Positions 47,201 to 59,659 are shown, counted from the first letter of the stretch. The stretch: DNA of 64,000 nt from Macrostomum lignano (GCA_002269645.1 NIVC01003675.1:19489-83488); one strand, 5' to 3'. The notes: generated by a model from the sequence alone, not told the origin. Translations and numbers: made by a program.

Positions 47201-48018
47201 TTCAAGTAGTAATAACTAGTCACTAAATCTCCTATTCTTGCTAAGATCTTCTATGAGAACAATTGCCTCCTTTGCAATCTAGCCTTCTTTAATAGTGGCA
47301 AATGCCTGGTGGCTTCCCCATTTGGCTTCATTCATCTTAACTTAAGCCTCTACTATTCCAACCATAACATCTATGTTGGTATCAAAAGTGTTTGAGTCCT
47401 TTACCCTAGGGACTTAAGAGCTCCCTTTGTATTGAAAGTGAAAATATTCATCTTAACATTAGCCCCCACCACCTAACCACAATATGTATATGGCATTGAA
47501 ACTCTGTATTGCTCAAGTCCTTAAATCTATGCAAAGATTTAAGAGTTCTCCTTTGAAAATGAAAACATTCAGCTTAACTTTAGCCCTTACCACCCAACTA
47601 CAAGATTGACATCATATTGAAAATCTCTTTTACTTGAGTCCCAAATTTTAGGGAGTTAATAGTTCTTTTTGACTAAATACTAGCTAGCATTTTGACTTTT
47701 AATTCTCACATCATGAATCACCCTTTAATTATGTTTATGCAATACTTAGCCAAAGAGCTGGACCAAAGAGCTTGGACTTGCTAGTCGAATACAAAAGGCT
47801 TACAATTGGCTTTAAGTTGATTAACTTATGCACTGGTTAGATTAAGTTGAATGAGAAGTTTGAGAAGAAGGAGAATGAGAAGGAAATGTGTTAAATTTTC
47901 TTTAAGTAAATGACAGCAATATAGTGCTAAAGAATGCCCATCTTTCTTGGTTGTATAAAATTATATACAGTATGTTAAAATTCGACTTTGCACTTTAAGT
48001 TATTAGACTTATTTGTAA

Positions 48019-48398
48019 ATGAGCACCAATCCTGCTATATTGCAGTATCACTATTCTCCAAGTAAGCCTCCAAGCCATCAGGCCTCTGCCAATTCAGATG
48101 GCAGTGGTGGTGGCAATGGCGGCCATTTTGGTGCACCCCTGCTGGCTCAACCACCGCGTCGAAGCCTGTGGTCCTCGCTTCGAGCTGAAGTCACGTCAGC
48201 CTACGGCGGCCCAGACGATGACGAGAAGCTGCGAGCGCATAGGCATCGGGTGTACACCTTTCTGACTATTCCTCTGGCGATGGAACGGTTCATCCAGTTT
48301 GGCTTGCTGGCTTGTTTAGACACCTTGCTGCACCTGTGCACCCTGCTGCCATTGAGGTGCGCCTACGCTCTGTGGCGACTGTTCTATGGACGTGCTCA
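48019..48398 (+). CDS. TAPT1: TAPT1/EMP65 (DUF747) transmembrane protein, exon 1
   Basis: SLWSSLRAEVT...HRHRVYTFLTIPLAMERFIQFGLLACLDTLLHLCTLLPLR; donor CA|GTGAGT, phase 2. Confidence 0.88.
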
Positions 48399-48469
48399 GT
48401 GAGTTATTGCTGCAGATGCTGTGTACTAATTGGGATATGCGATTTTAAGGAGTGGCGTTTCAGGAATGG

Positions 48470-49035
48470 GACTTTTGATTCCGGAATTGGGATCCTGGCT
48501 ATTGAGATTCTAGCATTGGGATCTGGGATTCTGGGAATTGGGATCTAGGATTCTGGGATTGGGATCTGGGATTCTGGGACTGGGATATCGAATTCTGGGA
48601 TTCTGGGACTGGGATATCGAATTCTGCGATTCTGGGATTGGGATTCTGGGATTGAGTTCTGGGATTCTGGGATTGAGTTCTGGGATTCTGGGATTGGGAT
48701 CTCGGATTCTGATGTTGGGATCTGAGATTCTGGCTATTGAGATTCTAGCATTGGGATCTGGGATTCTGGGAATTGGGATCTGGGATTCTGGGACTGGGAT
48801 ATCGAATTCTGGGATTGGGATTCTGGGACTGGGATATCGAATTCTGGTATTCTGGGACTGGGATATCTAATTCTGGGATTCTGGGATTGGGATTCTGGGA
48901 TTCTGGGACTGGGATATCGAATTCTGGGATTCTGGGACAATATATCGAATTCTGGGATTCGGGGACTGGGATATCGAATTCTGGGATTCTGGGATTGGGA
49001 TCTCGGATTCTGATATTGGGATTGTGGATTCTGTT
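48470..49035. repeat. GGGAT-core minisatellite (TTCTGGGATTGGGA / CTGGGATATCGAA) in the TAPT1 intron
   Basis: Directly visible degenerate array. Confidence 0.92.
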
Positions 49036-49140
49036 ATTGCGGATTAGTATTTAAAAAGTCATGTTTGGGATGTTTAAAATGACGGAAAAACAGGGGTATT
49101 TTTAATATATCAGTAAATCCTTTCAAATTGTGAATTTCAG

Positions 49141-50503
49141 CTTGCTTCACTCTCAAAAGTCGGATCTCCTGCATGGCCTACTGCTAGTAGTCACCACGTG
49201 TTTAATTGTGCAGCTAACCGACTCCAGCGTGATTTATCATTTTATTCGCAGCCAGTCTGTTATCAAGTTGTATATCTTTTTCAACATGCTAGAAATTGCG
49301 GACAGACTACTGTCAGCAGTCAGTCAGGACGTGCTCGACGGCCTGGCCTTCACCATTGCCAAACCATTGGAGTCTACGCTGCTTCTATTGCTTAACTGGG
49401 CTCTCAGCGTTGTCATGGTAACGCTGCACAGCTGTTTGATGCTACTACAAGCTTTGACGCTAAATGTTGGCTTCAATTCTCACAATCGCACCTTGCTCAC
49501 CATTATCATGTCGAATAATTTTGTCGAATTGAAAGGCAGCGTATTTAGAAAATTTGCGGAAGAGAACATGTTCCAGCTGGCTTGTGCAGATATCAGAGAG
49601 CGATTCCATTGTGCCGTGCTATTGCTAATTGTACTGCTGAGAAATATGCGAGCCGTTAATTGGGAATTGTCGCATTTTATTGACATCTGCCCGGACGCTC
49701 TGATAGTGCTCATCACCGAGCTCATTGTGGATTCGGTTAAGCACGCTTTTATTGCCAAATTCAACGAGATGCCAGCGTCTGTTTATCGATCATTCTCGCT
49801 GCGAGTGGCTCTGGACCTGCGTAGGATGCGCTCGCATCGGCAGTACCTGAGCCTCAACCGGCGTATGGGTCTGACGCCTATGCCGCTCTTTGTTTTAGTT
49901 GCTATGAGTCTTTATTTGGCATTGCCGGAGGGCGCCAAATTGGTTAATGGATTGTGCCTCACCGTGCTGGTGCTTCCTAGCCTGATAGTGCTCAAGCTCA
50001 TTGTTGGTCGGTTCTTGCACTCTTTAGCCGATAAGATTATTTTGGCTGCTCAGTCTGATGAAGCTTCTGCCAACGCGGCCGCTTCAGCAGCCTCCGCCGC
50101 CGCAGCAACAGATGGCAAAGAATCCGCCAGCGTTGAATCCGCGACAGCCGATTTCAATATCGACGATTATTACGGTTGTCTGCAGTTGCTACGCAGAAAT
50201 TATCGCAGCTGCGGCGATCTGACCAGCAGTCAGAAGCCTGACGATTTCAACGACTCCCCGGAATGGCCCGGTGGCGCTGCAGCTGCTCCTTCGATAGTTG
50301 AACCCGCTGCACCGACTTCGGTTGCTAATGACTCCGACATTGGCAACGGCGACTCTGTCGCTTTCGGTCACGAACGTCGGCATAGCGACGTTGGCGAGAC
50401 GCCTGAGTTGCGACATCGTCGAAGAAATGAAAGCTCATGTCGACGTGACGACGAGCCATTGACTGTTGATCGGTATTCGATGTACTCCAACGCTATTGTG
50501 TGA
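49141..50503 (+). CDS. TAPT1: TAPT1 exon 2 (terminal)
   Basis: Acceptor GAATTTCAG|C, phase 2; YHFIRSQSVIKLYIFFNMLEIADRLL, NSHNRTLLTIIMSNNFVELKGSVFRKF, DIRERFH, DSVKHAFIAKFN; spliced length 580 aa. Confidence 0.95.
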
Positions 50504-50579
50504 TTTTCGGCCCACAAAATCGCATGCGCGCTTAATTGGGGGATGGGCGTCTATTCGGTTACACAAAAGACACCATGCT

Positions 50580-51485
50580 GCTGCTAGGGTCACCAAATCG
50601 GTTGCTAGAGTCACCAAATTGGTTGCTAGTGTCACCAAATTGGCTTCTAGGGTTACCAAATTGGTTGCTAGGGTCACCAAATTGGTTGATATACGGTTGC
50701 TAAATGGGTTACCAAGAGGCATCAGTCATGTTGCTGTTGCTAAGGTCACTAATCGGTTGCTAGGGTTACCAAATCGGTTACCAAAAGACATCAATTATGT
50801 TGCTAAGGTCACTGAATCGGTTGCTAGGGTCACCAAATCGGTTTCTATGGTTTCTAAATCAGTTACCAAGAGGCATCAGTCATGTTGCTGTTGCTAAGGT
50901 CACTAATCAGTTGCTAGGGTTACTAAATCAGTTACCAAGAGACAGCAATTATATTGCTAAGGTCACTAAATCGGTTGCTAGGGTCGTCAATCATGTTGTT
51001 AGGGTCGCCAATCAGGTTGCTACGGTTGCCAATCAGGTTGTTAGGGCCGACTGGGCCGTAAAATCAGGTTAATGAGGTTGCCTATTGGGTTGCTAGGGTC
51101 GCCAATTAGGTTGCTAGGGCTGCAAAATCGGTTACCAAGGACACCAATTATGTTGCTAAGGTCACTGAATGGGACTGCTAGGGTCACCAAATCGGTTGCT
51201 AGGGTCACCAAATTGGTTGCTAGGGTCACCAAATCGGTTGCTAGGGTCACCAAATCGGTTGCTAGGGTCACCAAATCGGTTGCTAGGGTTACCAAATTGG
51301 TTTCTACGGTTACTAAATCGGTGACTAAGAGGCATCAGATATGTTGCTGTTGCTAAGGTCACTAATCGGTTGCTAGGATTACTAAATCGGTTTCCAAGAG
51401 AGCAATTATGTTGCTAAGGTCACTAATCGGTTGCTAGGGTCGTCAATCATGTTGTTAGGGTTGCCTATTCGGTTGCTAGGTGCGC
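50580..51485. repeat. 21-bp minisatellite (GTTGCTAGGGTCACCAAATCG) downstream of TAPT1
   Basis: Directly visible, with degenerate interspersed units. Confidence 0.92.
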
Positions 51486-52539
51486 GAATCATGTTACTAC
51501 TGTCGCCAAAAATGTTTGCTTCATGTAATTGTCGTATCATAATATTTTTCTGACAAACATCATTTTCTATGCAGCATCGCTCTGACATTAATAAAAGTGC
51601 AATAACCTGACTAACCTCCCCTTAATAATGCTTCTAGATTTTATACAGAAGAATATAATTGACTTGATATGACTAATTGGTGACTTGCTTTATTTAAAAA
51701 TCGATATTATTTTGTAGTTGTCTACACTCCTTTGTCAAGATTACCACATCTAATACGCAGTTAATTATAGACAAAACTCCAGTTATATTCTAAATAAAAC
51801 AAAAAACATGGTTTGAAAATTTTCATAACTAATTGTCTCTTTTGTCGCTTTTGGTCAACATCGTCCGATGGCATTTTGTTTCTAAATTCTGTTTGCGATT
51901 TTCTTCAAATTCAAATGTTAGTGCTGTTAATTTTTCTATGAAAGTCTACTATAAGTAGCCTAGTGGGGTAGCATTCGGCTTTTCTGAACTTTTGGTAGGC
52001 TTAAATATAGCCCCTTAGTAACACAAGCCCAAAAGTTTCTTAGACATAGCTTCTGATCTTGTTCTTTTTAGTTGGTTTTGGATTTTTAGTTGCAGTTTTA
52101 GTTTAGTAGCAGATGTTTGATACTTAAATGGTCAATTTGAAGACTTTTACTTGCCACATTCGCTTGTTCATACGTTAATCAAATTCAAATGCTATAAATA
52201 TGTTTATTAATAAATACAAAAAACTACTTTATCAAATTTAGATTCTCAATCTATTGTTACAAACTATTTTTCTTGCTGTGATGACAACGGTAATATAAAT
52301 TGTTGTAAGTGTATTTTGGTGTTTTGACTTTGTGCCTGACATATTTTTTTAAATCCATTCTTAAAATTTAAAATCCCAAATTTTTGGGATTTCAGCTACA
52401 TCAAAAACTCAAGAAAGTCCCATATTTATTTCCATAAAAAATCTTTGAACTCCAGATTTATCCCCATAAATTTCCCCAGCATCCCATTTTTGGCTCTATT
52501 AACTCAAGCATAATCATCGATGGATCTGACAATGAATCC

Positions 52540-53150
52540 CAGAATCCCAGATTTATCCCTATCAAAAATCCCAGAATCCCAGATTTATCCCTATCAGAAA
52601 TCCCAGAATCCTTGATCTTTCCCCATCAAAAATACCAAAATTCCTGATCTTTTCTTGAAGTTTTAGAATCATAGATTCATTCCTATAAAAAATCCCAGAT
52701 TTATCCCTATCAGAAATCCCAGATTTATCCCTATCAGAAATCCCAGATTTATCCCTATCAGAAATCCCAGATTTATCCCTATCAGAAATCCCAGATTTAT
52801 CCCTATCAGAAATCCCAGATTTATCCCTATCAGAAATCCCAGATTTATCCCCATCAAAAATCCCTGATTTATCCCTATCAGAAATATCAGATTTGTCCCT
52901 ATCAAAAATCCCAGATTTATCCTTATCAACAATCCCATATTTATCCCTATAAAAATCCCATATTTATCCCTATCAAAAATCCGAGATTTATCCCTATCAT
53001 AAATCCCAGATTTATCCCTATTGGAAATCCCATATTTATCCCTATCAGAAATCCCTGATTTATTTCTATCAAAAATCCCAGATTTATCTTTATCAGAAAT
53101 CCCATATTTATCCCTGTCAAAAATCCTAGATTTATCCCCATAAAAATCCC
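52540..53150. repeat. 24-bp minisatellite (AATCCCAGATTTATCCCTATCAGA) just upstream of MIOS
   Basis: Directly visible; source of the INLGFLIG repeat ORFs. Confidence 0.93.
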
Positions 53151-53257
53151 GAATTTAAGGTACAAGTTATAAATGCAGAGTACATACTACTTTATTCAGA
53201 TGACTCAGCAGTAGTAAGGAAGTCACCGCTCTTCAAAAAGATCGAATCACGTACAGA

Positions 53258-53503
53258 ATGAACTGCGAGCTGCAGTGGTCTCCGTGTCGGGAGGACCGCT
53301 TCCTACTGTTGCTAGGCAACGAGCTGCGGTTCTACAACGCTGACGCGGCTCTGCAATCTCGACCGGGCGAGGCCCTCAGACCGCCTGAGCTCTTTGCCGT
53401 GCCATTCTGCGATGAGCACCTGCCGTTGCGGACCGTTGCCTGGCAACCGACTAGCGACTATGGCAACTCCGAGCTGCTAGCTATTGGACTGTCGACTGGA
53501 AAG
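53258..53503 (+). CDS. MIOS: GATOR2 subunit MIOS, exon 1
   Basis: LQWSPCREDRF...VAWQP...LLAIGLSTGK resembles the MIOS N-terminal WD40 (ILWAPHHVDRF...VAWY...LLAVGQANGRV); donor AAG|GTCTGG, phase 0. Confidence 0.85.
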
Positions 53504-53672
53504 GTCTGGACTGGGATTCGGTGTGAGAGGGATTCTGGACTGTTTGGATTGATATGGGGATCATTTTGGGCTGAAATGCGGGATCCTCTGGCATTCAAGT
53601 TTGAAATTATATGGGATTTTTATGCGCAATCATATGGGATTTCTTGTGCTTCTAGGGATTAAGGATTAAGAT

Positions 53673-53758
53673 TACTACTACTACTACTGCTACTGCTACT
53701 ACTACTACTACTACTATTACTACTACTGCTACTACTACTACTACTACTACTACTACTG

Positions 53759-53805
<47 letters not shown>

Positions 53806-53806
53806 G

Positions 53807-53863
<57 letters not shown>

Positions 53864-53878
53864 TTACTACTACTACTG

Positions 53879-53934
<56 letters not shown>

Positions 53935-53951
53935 GCTACTACTACTGCTAC

Positions 53952-53992
<41 letters not shown>

Positions 53993-54002
53993 ATACTACT
54001 AC

Positions 54003-54060
<58 letters not shown>

Positions 54061-54080
54061 GCTACTACTACTACTATTAC
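53673..54080. repeat. (ACT)n microsatellite, about 400 bp, MIOS intron 1
   Basis: Directly visible; source of the poly-Val ORF on the minus strand. Confidence 0.98.
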
Positions 54081-54100
54081 ACCCCTACCGACTTTCTCAG

Positions 54101-54680
54101 GTTCTCCTTCGTTCAACAATGGGCGAAGATTCTCAAGGCCTGCACAACCGGCTGCTGACGTCATCTCGTCAGCAATTACCTTCAACAGCTGCTGGTATCT
54201 CCACCGCCAGCAGATCCAGCATCGCTGCAATTAATAACTCGACTTTAAACAGTTTATCAATTTCTGTACAACAGCAACAGCAACAATTGCATATTCAGCA
54301 GCAACAGCAGCAGCAGCAGCAATCGCTGCAACAACAGCAGCAGCAGCAGCAACAGTCTCAGCACGCTGCAATAGCCGGCAATTTTCGGTCGCCGCTGTTT
54401 CTACGCTGGAATCCTAGGCGTCGAGGTCTGTTAGCCTGGGGCATCGACAGAAGTGGCGGCGGCGGAGGAGGCGGCGGCAAGTTGAGTAGGACGGAGACAG
54501 TCTTGCTTGTTTGGGATGTCCACAGCCAGGGTTCCGCACAGTCGGTTAATTCCCCGAAGACTGCGCTGGAGGCTACGGGAAACGAGTCTGTGGTGTCGTT
54601 CGATTGGGTTAGCGAGAAGAACTTTGTATGCGGCACGGCTAGCAAGCATTTGAGAATTTACGATTTGGATCAGTGCTCAG
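54101..54680 (+). CDS. MIOS: MIOS exon 2 (WD40 with a polyQ insertion)
   Basis: Acceptor CTTTCTCAG|GTT; LRWNP...LLAWGIDR...LLVWDV...SFDW...HLRIYDL; donor G|GTGAGA, phase 1. Confidence 0.9.
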
Positions 54681-54699
54681 GTGAGACGATGGGACGCTA

Positions 54700-55460
54700 G
54701 AGAGATGACAGATGGGTGGCTGAATGGGTAGCTTAGATGACAGATGGGTGGCTGAATGGGTAGCTTAGATGACAGATGGGTGGCTGAATGGGTAGCTTAG
54801 ATGACAGATGGGTAGCTTAGATGACAGATGGGTGGCTGAATGGGTAGCTTAGATGACAGATGGGTAGCTGAATGGGTAGCTTAGATGACAGATGGGTGGC
54901 TGAATGGGTAGCTTAGATGACAGATGGGTGGCTGAATGGGTAGCTTAGATGACAGATGGGTGGCTGAATGGGTAGCTTAGATGACAGATGGGTAGCTTAG
55001 ATGACAGATGGGTGGCTGAATGGGTAGCTTAGATGACAGATGGGTAGCTGAATGGGTAGCTAGATGACAGATGGGTAGCTTAGATGACAGATGGGTAGCT
55101 TAGATGACAGATGGGTGGCTGAATGGGTAGCTTAGATGACAGATGGGTGGCTGAATGGGTAGCTTAGATGACAGATGGGTAGCTTAGATGACAGATGGGT
55201 GGCTGAATGGGTAGCTTAGATGACAGATGGGTAGCTGAATGGGTAGCTAGATGACAGATGGGTAGCTTAGATGACAGATGGGTAGGTTAGATGACAGATG
55301 GGTAGCTGAATGGGTAGCTAGATGGCAGATGGGTAGCTGAATGGGTAGCTTAGATGACAGATGGGTAGCTGAATGGGTAGCTAGATGGCAGATGGGTAGC
55401 TGAATGGGTAGCTAGATGACAGATGGGTAGCTGATTGGGTAGCTAGATGAGTAGCTAGAT
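54700..55460. repeat. Composite 19/14-bp minisatellite (AGATGACAGATGGGT / GGCTGAATGGGTAGCTT), MIOS intron 2
   Basis: Directly visible. Confidence 0.95.
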
Positions 55461-55544
55461 GTCTATAAGTAGCAGATAGATGTTCTGCTGATAGATGCTA
55501 ACGAGAACTCAATTCGATAATAAAAACTACCCATCCGGACCCAG

Positions 55545-55651
55545 CCAACCAGCCCATCGGCGCATACGATCAGGAGTCTGGCCGGGTATCCGAAATCTAT
55601 GGCGTCTGTCAGGACCCATTTCAGTCATGGAGACTGGCTACTTACGCTGAT
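55545..55651 (+). CDS. MIOS: MIOS exon 3 (not in the ORF track)
   Basis: Acceptor GGACCCAG|CC (phase 1); IYGVCQDPFQSWRLATYAD resembles MIOS VQGVTVDPYFHDRVASF; donor GAT|GTAGGG. The acceptor choice is the less certain boundary. Confidence 0.75.
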
Positions 55652-55749
55652 GTAGGGTGATAAATTTTGTGCTTCATATACTTGTATGAGTAGTCTAGGC
55701 CTAGAGCAATCGGTATTATTCTATTTTTGGTGGTATTTTTAATTTCCAG

Positions 55750-55847
55750 AAATATGTCGCACTTTGGGATTCGCGTAGATTTGATAGGCCTACCTGCAGG
55801 TTTGAAGAATCCAGACTGGTCCGTGGCATTAACTGGTGCCCATCTAG
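55750..55847 (+). CDS. MIOS: MIOS exon 4 (not in the ORF track)
   Basis: Acceptor TTTCCAG|AAA; KYVALWDSRRFDRP...VRGINWCPS resembles VAIWDLRKFEKP...LTKVAWCPTR; donor AG|GTAAGT, phase 2. Confidence 0.88.
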
Positions 55848-55924
55848 GTAAGTCTGAGTAGTATGTGTAATGCTGCATTTTTGCTGCTTAGATATCACAG
55901 ATTGATTCTCATTATCGCAAGAAA

Positions 55925-56635
55925 GATCCCAGGTATCCTAACATCTTATTATCCCAGATTGTTTCCTCATTGTCAACTTAGGATCCCAGATTAATCCCGA
56001 AATCCCCATTCTAACATCCAGAATCCCATCTAAATCTCCATATCCCATAATCCCATCAAAATCCCCAAATCTCAGAATCCCATTCAAATCCCCATATCCC
56101 ATAATCCCATCATAATCTCCCTGTCCCATAATCTCATCCAAATTCCTATATCCCATAATCCCATCATAATCTCCCTGTCCCATAATCTCATCCAAATTTG
56201 TATATCCCATAATCCCATCCAAATCCCCATATTCCAGAATCCCATCAAAATCCCCAAATCTCAGAATCCCATCAAAATTCCCATACCCCATAATCCCATA
56301 CAAATCCCCAAGTCCCATAATCTCATCTAAATTCGCATATCCCATAATCCCATCGAAATCTCCATGTGCCATAATCTCATCCAAATTCCCATATCCCATA
56401 ATCCCATCAAAATCCCCATATCCCAGAATCCCATTCAAATCCTTATATCCCATAATCCCATCGAAATCTCCACGTACCATAATCTCATCCAAATTCCCAT
56501 ATCCCATAATCCCATCCGAATTCCCATATCCCATAATCCCATTCAAATCCCCAAGTCCTATAATCCCATACAAATCCCCATACCCCAGAATCCCATACAA
56601 ATCCCCAAGTCCCATAATCCCAGAATCCCCATCAA
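55925..56635. repeat. ATCCC-core minisatellite (ATCCCATAATCCCATC...), MIOS intron 4
   Basis: Directly visible degenerate array. Confidence 0.92.
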
Positions 56636-56658
56636 TTGATATCCCTTTCATTCCACAG

Positions 56659-57179
56659 GCCCGGCTGGCTGGCCGTGAGCCTCGCCAACAGTTCCTATCT
56701 GACCTTACACGACCTGAGCCACCAGGACAGCCAAGGGCACCGCAGCCCGGACTACCTGGACGACCTGGCCATCGCCACCGATCGCAAAATTCGTTGCCAT
56801 TTTGAGCAGTCGGCCCAGCCTCACCTGGCCGCATTCGATTGGCATCCGAAGCGCCAATTAGCGGCTTTCGCTTCCGAGAACGGCAAGCTGAAGGTGGGGC
56901 CAATTCGTGAACGAGTCTCCGCCTGCCTGTCCGGAGCGGCCGGACTGGCATATTGGGACGGCGAGTCCGCCCTTCGTCTGCACTCGGCGCCATCGCCTCC
57001 GCCCAGCCTAGATCCAATGGGGGCTCTGATGTGGCGCCGAGCTATAGTTGGCTACGATATTCAAGGACCGCCGACGGCTGCCGAGACTGTTGAAGACGAG
57101 GAATTGTTGCAGGCCTTTAATTTTATCAACGAATTGTGCCTGACCTCCACTGCCAGTGGTGGTGGCGGCGCTGGAGTGG
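56659..57179 (+). CDS. MIOS: MIOS exon 5
   Basis: Acceptor TTCCACAG|G (phase 2); RPGWLAV...LTLHDL...FDWHP...LMWRRAIVGY; donor G|GTGAGG, phase 1. Confidence 0.85.
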
Positions 57180-57254
57180 GTGAGGCCCATACCGTGTATT
57201 AATCTTTTTTTAAAAAGCCATTTATAAGCTATGGAATCGTATTTAGAGTTGCAG

Positions 57255-57985
57255 AAGCTAATATAAAATCATAGAAAGCCAATTTAAAGCTATAGAAGCC
57301 AATTTAAAGCTATAGAAGCCAATTTAAGGCCATAGAAGCCAATTTAAGGCCATAAAAGCCAATTTAAGGCCATAGAAGCCCATTTATTGTCATAGAAGCC
57401 AAATTATAGTCATAAAAGCCAGTTTAAAGCCATAGAAGCCAGTTTAAAGCCATAGAAACCAGTTTAAGGCCATAGAAGCCAATTTAAAGCAATAGAAGCC
57501 AATTTAAGACTAAAGAAGCTAATTTGAGGCCAAAAAAGCCAATTTAAAGCCATCACGGCCCATTTAAGGCCATAAAAGCCTATTTAAATCCATAAAAGCC
57601 AATTTAAGGCTTTAGAACTCAATTTATGGCCACAGAAACCAATTTAAAAACTATAAAAGCCTGTTTAAAGCCGTAAAATCCTATCTAAAGCCATAAAAGC
57701 CAAATTAAATCCATAGAAGCCGATCTAAAGCGATAAAAAAGCCAATTTAAAGCCTTAGAAGCCAATTTAAAGCCTTAGAAGCCAATTTAAAGCCATCGAA
57801 TCCAATTCAAAGCTAATTTAAAGCCATAGAAGACAATCTGAAGCCATAGAAGCCAATTCAAAGGCATAGAAGCCAATTTAAGGCCATAAAAGCCTATTTT
57901 AAAACCATAGAAGCCAATTCAAAGCCATAGAAGTCAATCAAAAGCCATTGAAGCCGACCAAAAGCCATGGAAGCCAAAGATGCCA
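57255..57985. repeat. 20-bp minisatellite (CATAGAAGCCAATTTAAAGC), MIOS intron 5
   Basis: Directly visible. Confidence 0.93.
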
Positions 57986-58035
57986 ATTGTTGTTACAACT
58001 AATCAATTTATAATAATAATCAAATCAAATCGCAG

Positions 58036-58623
58036 AGCAACTCCGCTCAGCTGGCGCTCTGGCCATCGCTCGCAGCATCGCTCGCGGCTCCACGACCGCC
58101 GCCGAAGCAGCTTCAACCGCCGCTGACCCAGCCGGTCTGCCGCAGCCCCTGGCCGTGTGGCGTCGACAACCAAATCGTCAGCGACTGCTGCAGCTGTGCC
58201 AGTGGCAGCCGCATCTGCTGCCCGATGCTCAGAGCTCTGAAGCTCCACATCAGCAGCAGCAGCAGCATCTGCCAACGCGAAGTCGTCGAATGTTTGAACG
58301 CGTCGCCTGTCTTCGCCTTGTCGCCGGCAGATCCATGCCAGAAGCTTTGGAGTGGCTTCAGCGAGGCGAGCGGCAATCTAACAATCAGCAATCCGCTGTA
58401 GGCCTGAGTCTGGTCTCAGTAGCTCTGCTGGGCGCTTTGTCGAATAGCTTGGCCGCCGATTCGGCGTCAGTAGACGAGCTTTCGGCCGCTGGTTCGGCTT
58501 TGCCCGACCTCAGCGACCAGCTGGAGGAGCACCCGTATCTGCGGGTCATGTTCCAGTTCATCTCCGGCGGCCCCAGCGAGGCCAATATGCGCCTTATAGT
58601 TGGATGGGATGCCCCTGAGAATA
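58036..58623 (+). CDS. MIOS: MIOS exon 6
   Basis: Acceptor AATCGCAG|AG (phase 1); RQRLLQLCQW, FERVACL, HPYLRVMFQFIS; donor A|GTGAGT, phase 1. Confidence 0.82.
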
Positions 58624-58659
58624 GTGAGTTCGTGGCTGCTTAGTCTTTGTTACTATGAT

Positions 58660-59085
58660 GGGATTGCTAGATTTTTGTTTTCAAGATGGATTTCGAAATC
58701 TAGTTTGTGCCTAAGATGGATTTCGTAGTCTTGGTTTGTGTCTAAGATGAAATTAGTAGTCTTTGTTTGTGTCTAAGATTGAATTAATAGTCTTTGTTTG
58801 TGTCCGAGTTGGAATTAATAGTCTTGGTTTGTGTCTAAGATGATATTAGTAGTATTTGTTTGTGTCTAAGATTGAATTAATAGTCTTTGTTTGTGTCCAA
58901 ATTGGAATTAGTAGTCTTGGTTTGTGTCTAAGATGATATTAGTAGTATTTGTTTGTGTCTAAGATTGAATTAATAGTCTTTGTTTGTGTCCGAGTTGGAA
59001 TTAGTAGGGTTCTTTGTTCGTGTCTAAGATGGAATTAGTAGTCTTTGTGTCTAGTATGTACTTCATAGCCTGTCTAAGATGGATT
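58660..59085. repeat. About 31-bp minisatellite (TAGTCTTTGTTTGTGTCTAAGATGGAATTAG), MIOS intron 6
   Basis: Directly visible. Confidence 0.88.
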
Positions 59086-59261
59086 GCTAGTCTATGCGTG
59101 TCCAATATTAGTCTTAAGTCTTTGTGTCTATTTCTTATAATTGTAACATAGAATACGGAAGAGGCTGAAGCAGATGAAGCGCCATAGTTTCCATTAGTTG
59201 ATTGATTGGGCCTACTTTGTCGAACGCCAATATAACAAAGAGCAAACCTGGCGCATTGCAG

Positions 59262-59659
59262 AGCCGCAAATGGATCTAAAAGACCGAATTGGTTTCGCCG
59301 CCATGTACTTCTCCAATAGGTTTCTGATGGAATTTCTCACCTGGCTAAACGCTAGATTAACTAGACAGGGCCTGCTAGAAGCCCTGCTATTGACTGGCGT
59401 GAATTTTAACGACGACTCCATGGCTCTGCTGCAGTCGTATCTGGATCGCTCCAATGACATTCAGAGCGCCGTGACTCTCTGCGTGGCTATTGGTCACCAC
59501 AGTGGCCTGTCTCTGAGCGGCTCAGCCCAACAGTGGCTTACAGTTTATAGGGAATTGCTCAACAATTGGCAGCTGTTTGAGCAGAGGGCGCATTTCGATT
59601 TGATGGTCCGGCGATTGCTGCCTAGACAGGAGCCGCCGCCGCATCAGACCTCTGTGCAG
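59262..59659 (+). CDS. MIOS: MIOS exon 7
   Basis: LKDRIGFAAMYFS...LEALLLTG...LLQSYLDRSNDIQSA...W..VYRELLNNWQLFEQRAHFD. Acceptor ATTGCAG|AG chosen for phase (alternative at 59198); donor CAG|GTTGGT. Confidence 0.85.

Noticed and set aside
53200-53214. Four-codon uORF (MTQQ*) directly after a TTTATTCAG acceptor-like site upstream of MIOS
   Set aside because: The transcript 5' end is unknown, so the uORF may not be in the mRNA; such short ORFs are common by chance.
53652-54230. Poly-valine ORF on the minus strand
   Set aside because: Antisense translation of the (ACT)n microsatellite.
55938-57017. 359-aa minus-strand ORF with GIMGYGDLD repeats
   Set aside because: Antisense to MIOS exon 5 plus the intron 4 minisatellite, with no independent gene signals.
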